Assembly: GCA_017940575.1 (NCBI GenBank)
Contig: JAGAYJ010000001.1
Location: 1-52,144, forward strand
DNA from: Bacilli bacterium
GTDB lineage: Bacteria > Bacillota_I > Bacilli_A > RF39 > UBA660
Direction: 5' to 3'
Length of the DNA stretch: 52,144 bases
Positions 52,088-52,144 of this stretch are shown in pieces. A program made the position numbers and the translations under genes. The notes beneath the pieces were generated by a model, which was not told where the DNA came from, ran no database searches, and saw only the letters and a program-made list of their open reading frames with translations. Within the stretch, counting starts at the first letter, position 1, and every line of letters starts with the position of its first letter.

Positions 52088-52144
52088 AATAATATTACTA
52101 TAATTTTTAGATAAATGCAAGTGTTTTTTAAAAAAAATTTAAAA

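Overview
Very AT-rich chromosomal window from a Firmicute (Bacillota). TGG encodes Trp and TGA is used as a stop, so this is code 11. The mix of dispersed housekeeping genes, sporulation remnants, cell-wall genes and many pilin-like genes suggests a genome-reduced, uncultured gut Bacilli lineage (RF39-like); that placement is inference only. Housekeeping genes: hisS, prfA, prmC, valS, tcdA, rbfA, deoC, tyrS, rpsD, ezrA, ffh, yebC, glyS, gltX, rnhC, gpmA and recD2. Sporulation genes: uninterrupted pro-sigK, gerQ-like and cotD-like. Envelope genes: LTA synthase, L,D-transpeptidase, GH25 muramidase, class B sortase with candidate substrates, two tandem type IV pilins and a pilin-like beta-helix adhesin. 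Two T-box leaders (Val, Tyr) and an S4 leader are present. I saw no CRISPR array, tRNA or rRNA. Best leads: (1) a 1372-bp decayed serine-recombinase element inserted in the cotD-like spore-coat gene, which restores its target with a replacement promoter and 5' end; (2) an operon of two AAA+ ATPases from different clades that share an unrecognised N-terminal domain and both carry IGF motifs; (3) a Tyr T-box with no canonical terminator that may act by SD sequestration on a translationally coupled HAD-deoC-tyrS operon; (4) tandem pilins with homogenised conserved blocks and a variable middle; (5) a roughly 100-nt minus-strand sRNA candidate at the right end. All calls come from reading motifs by eye; no database search was run.
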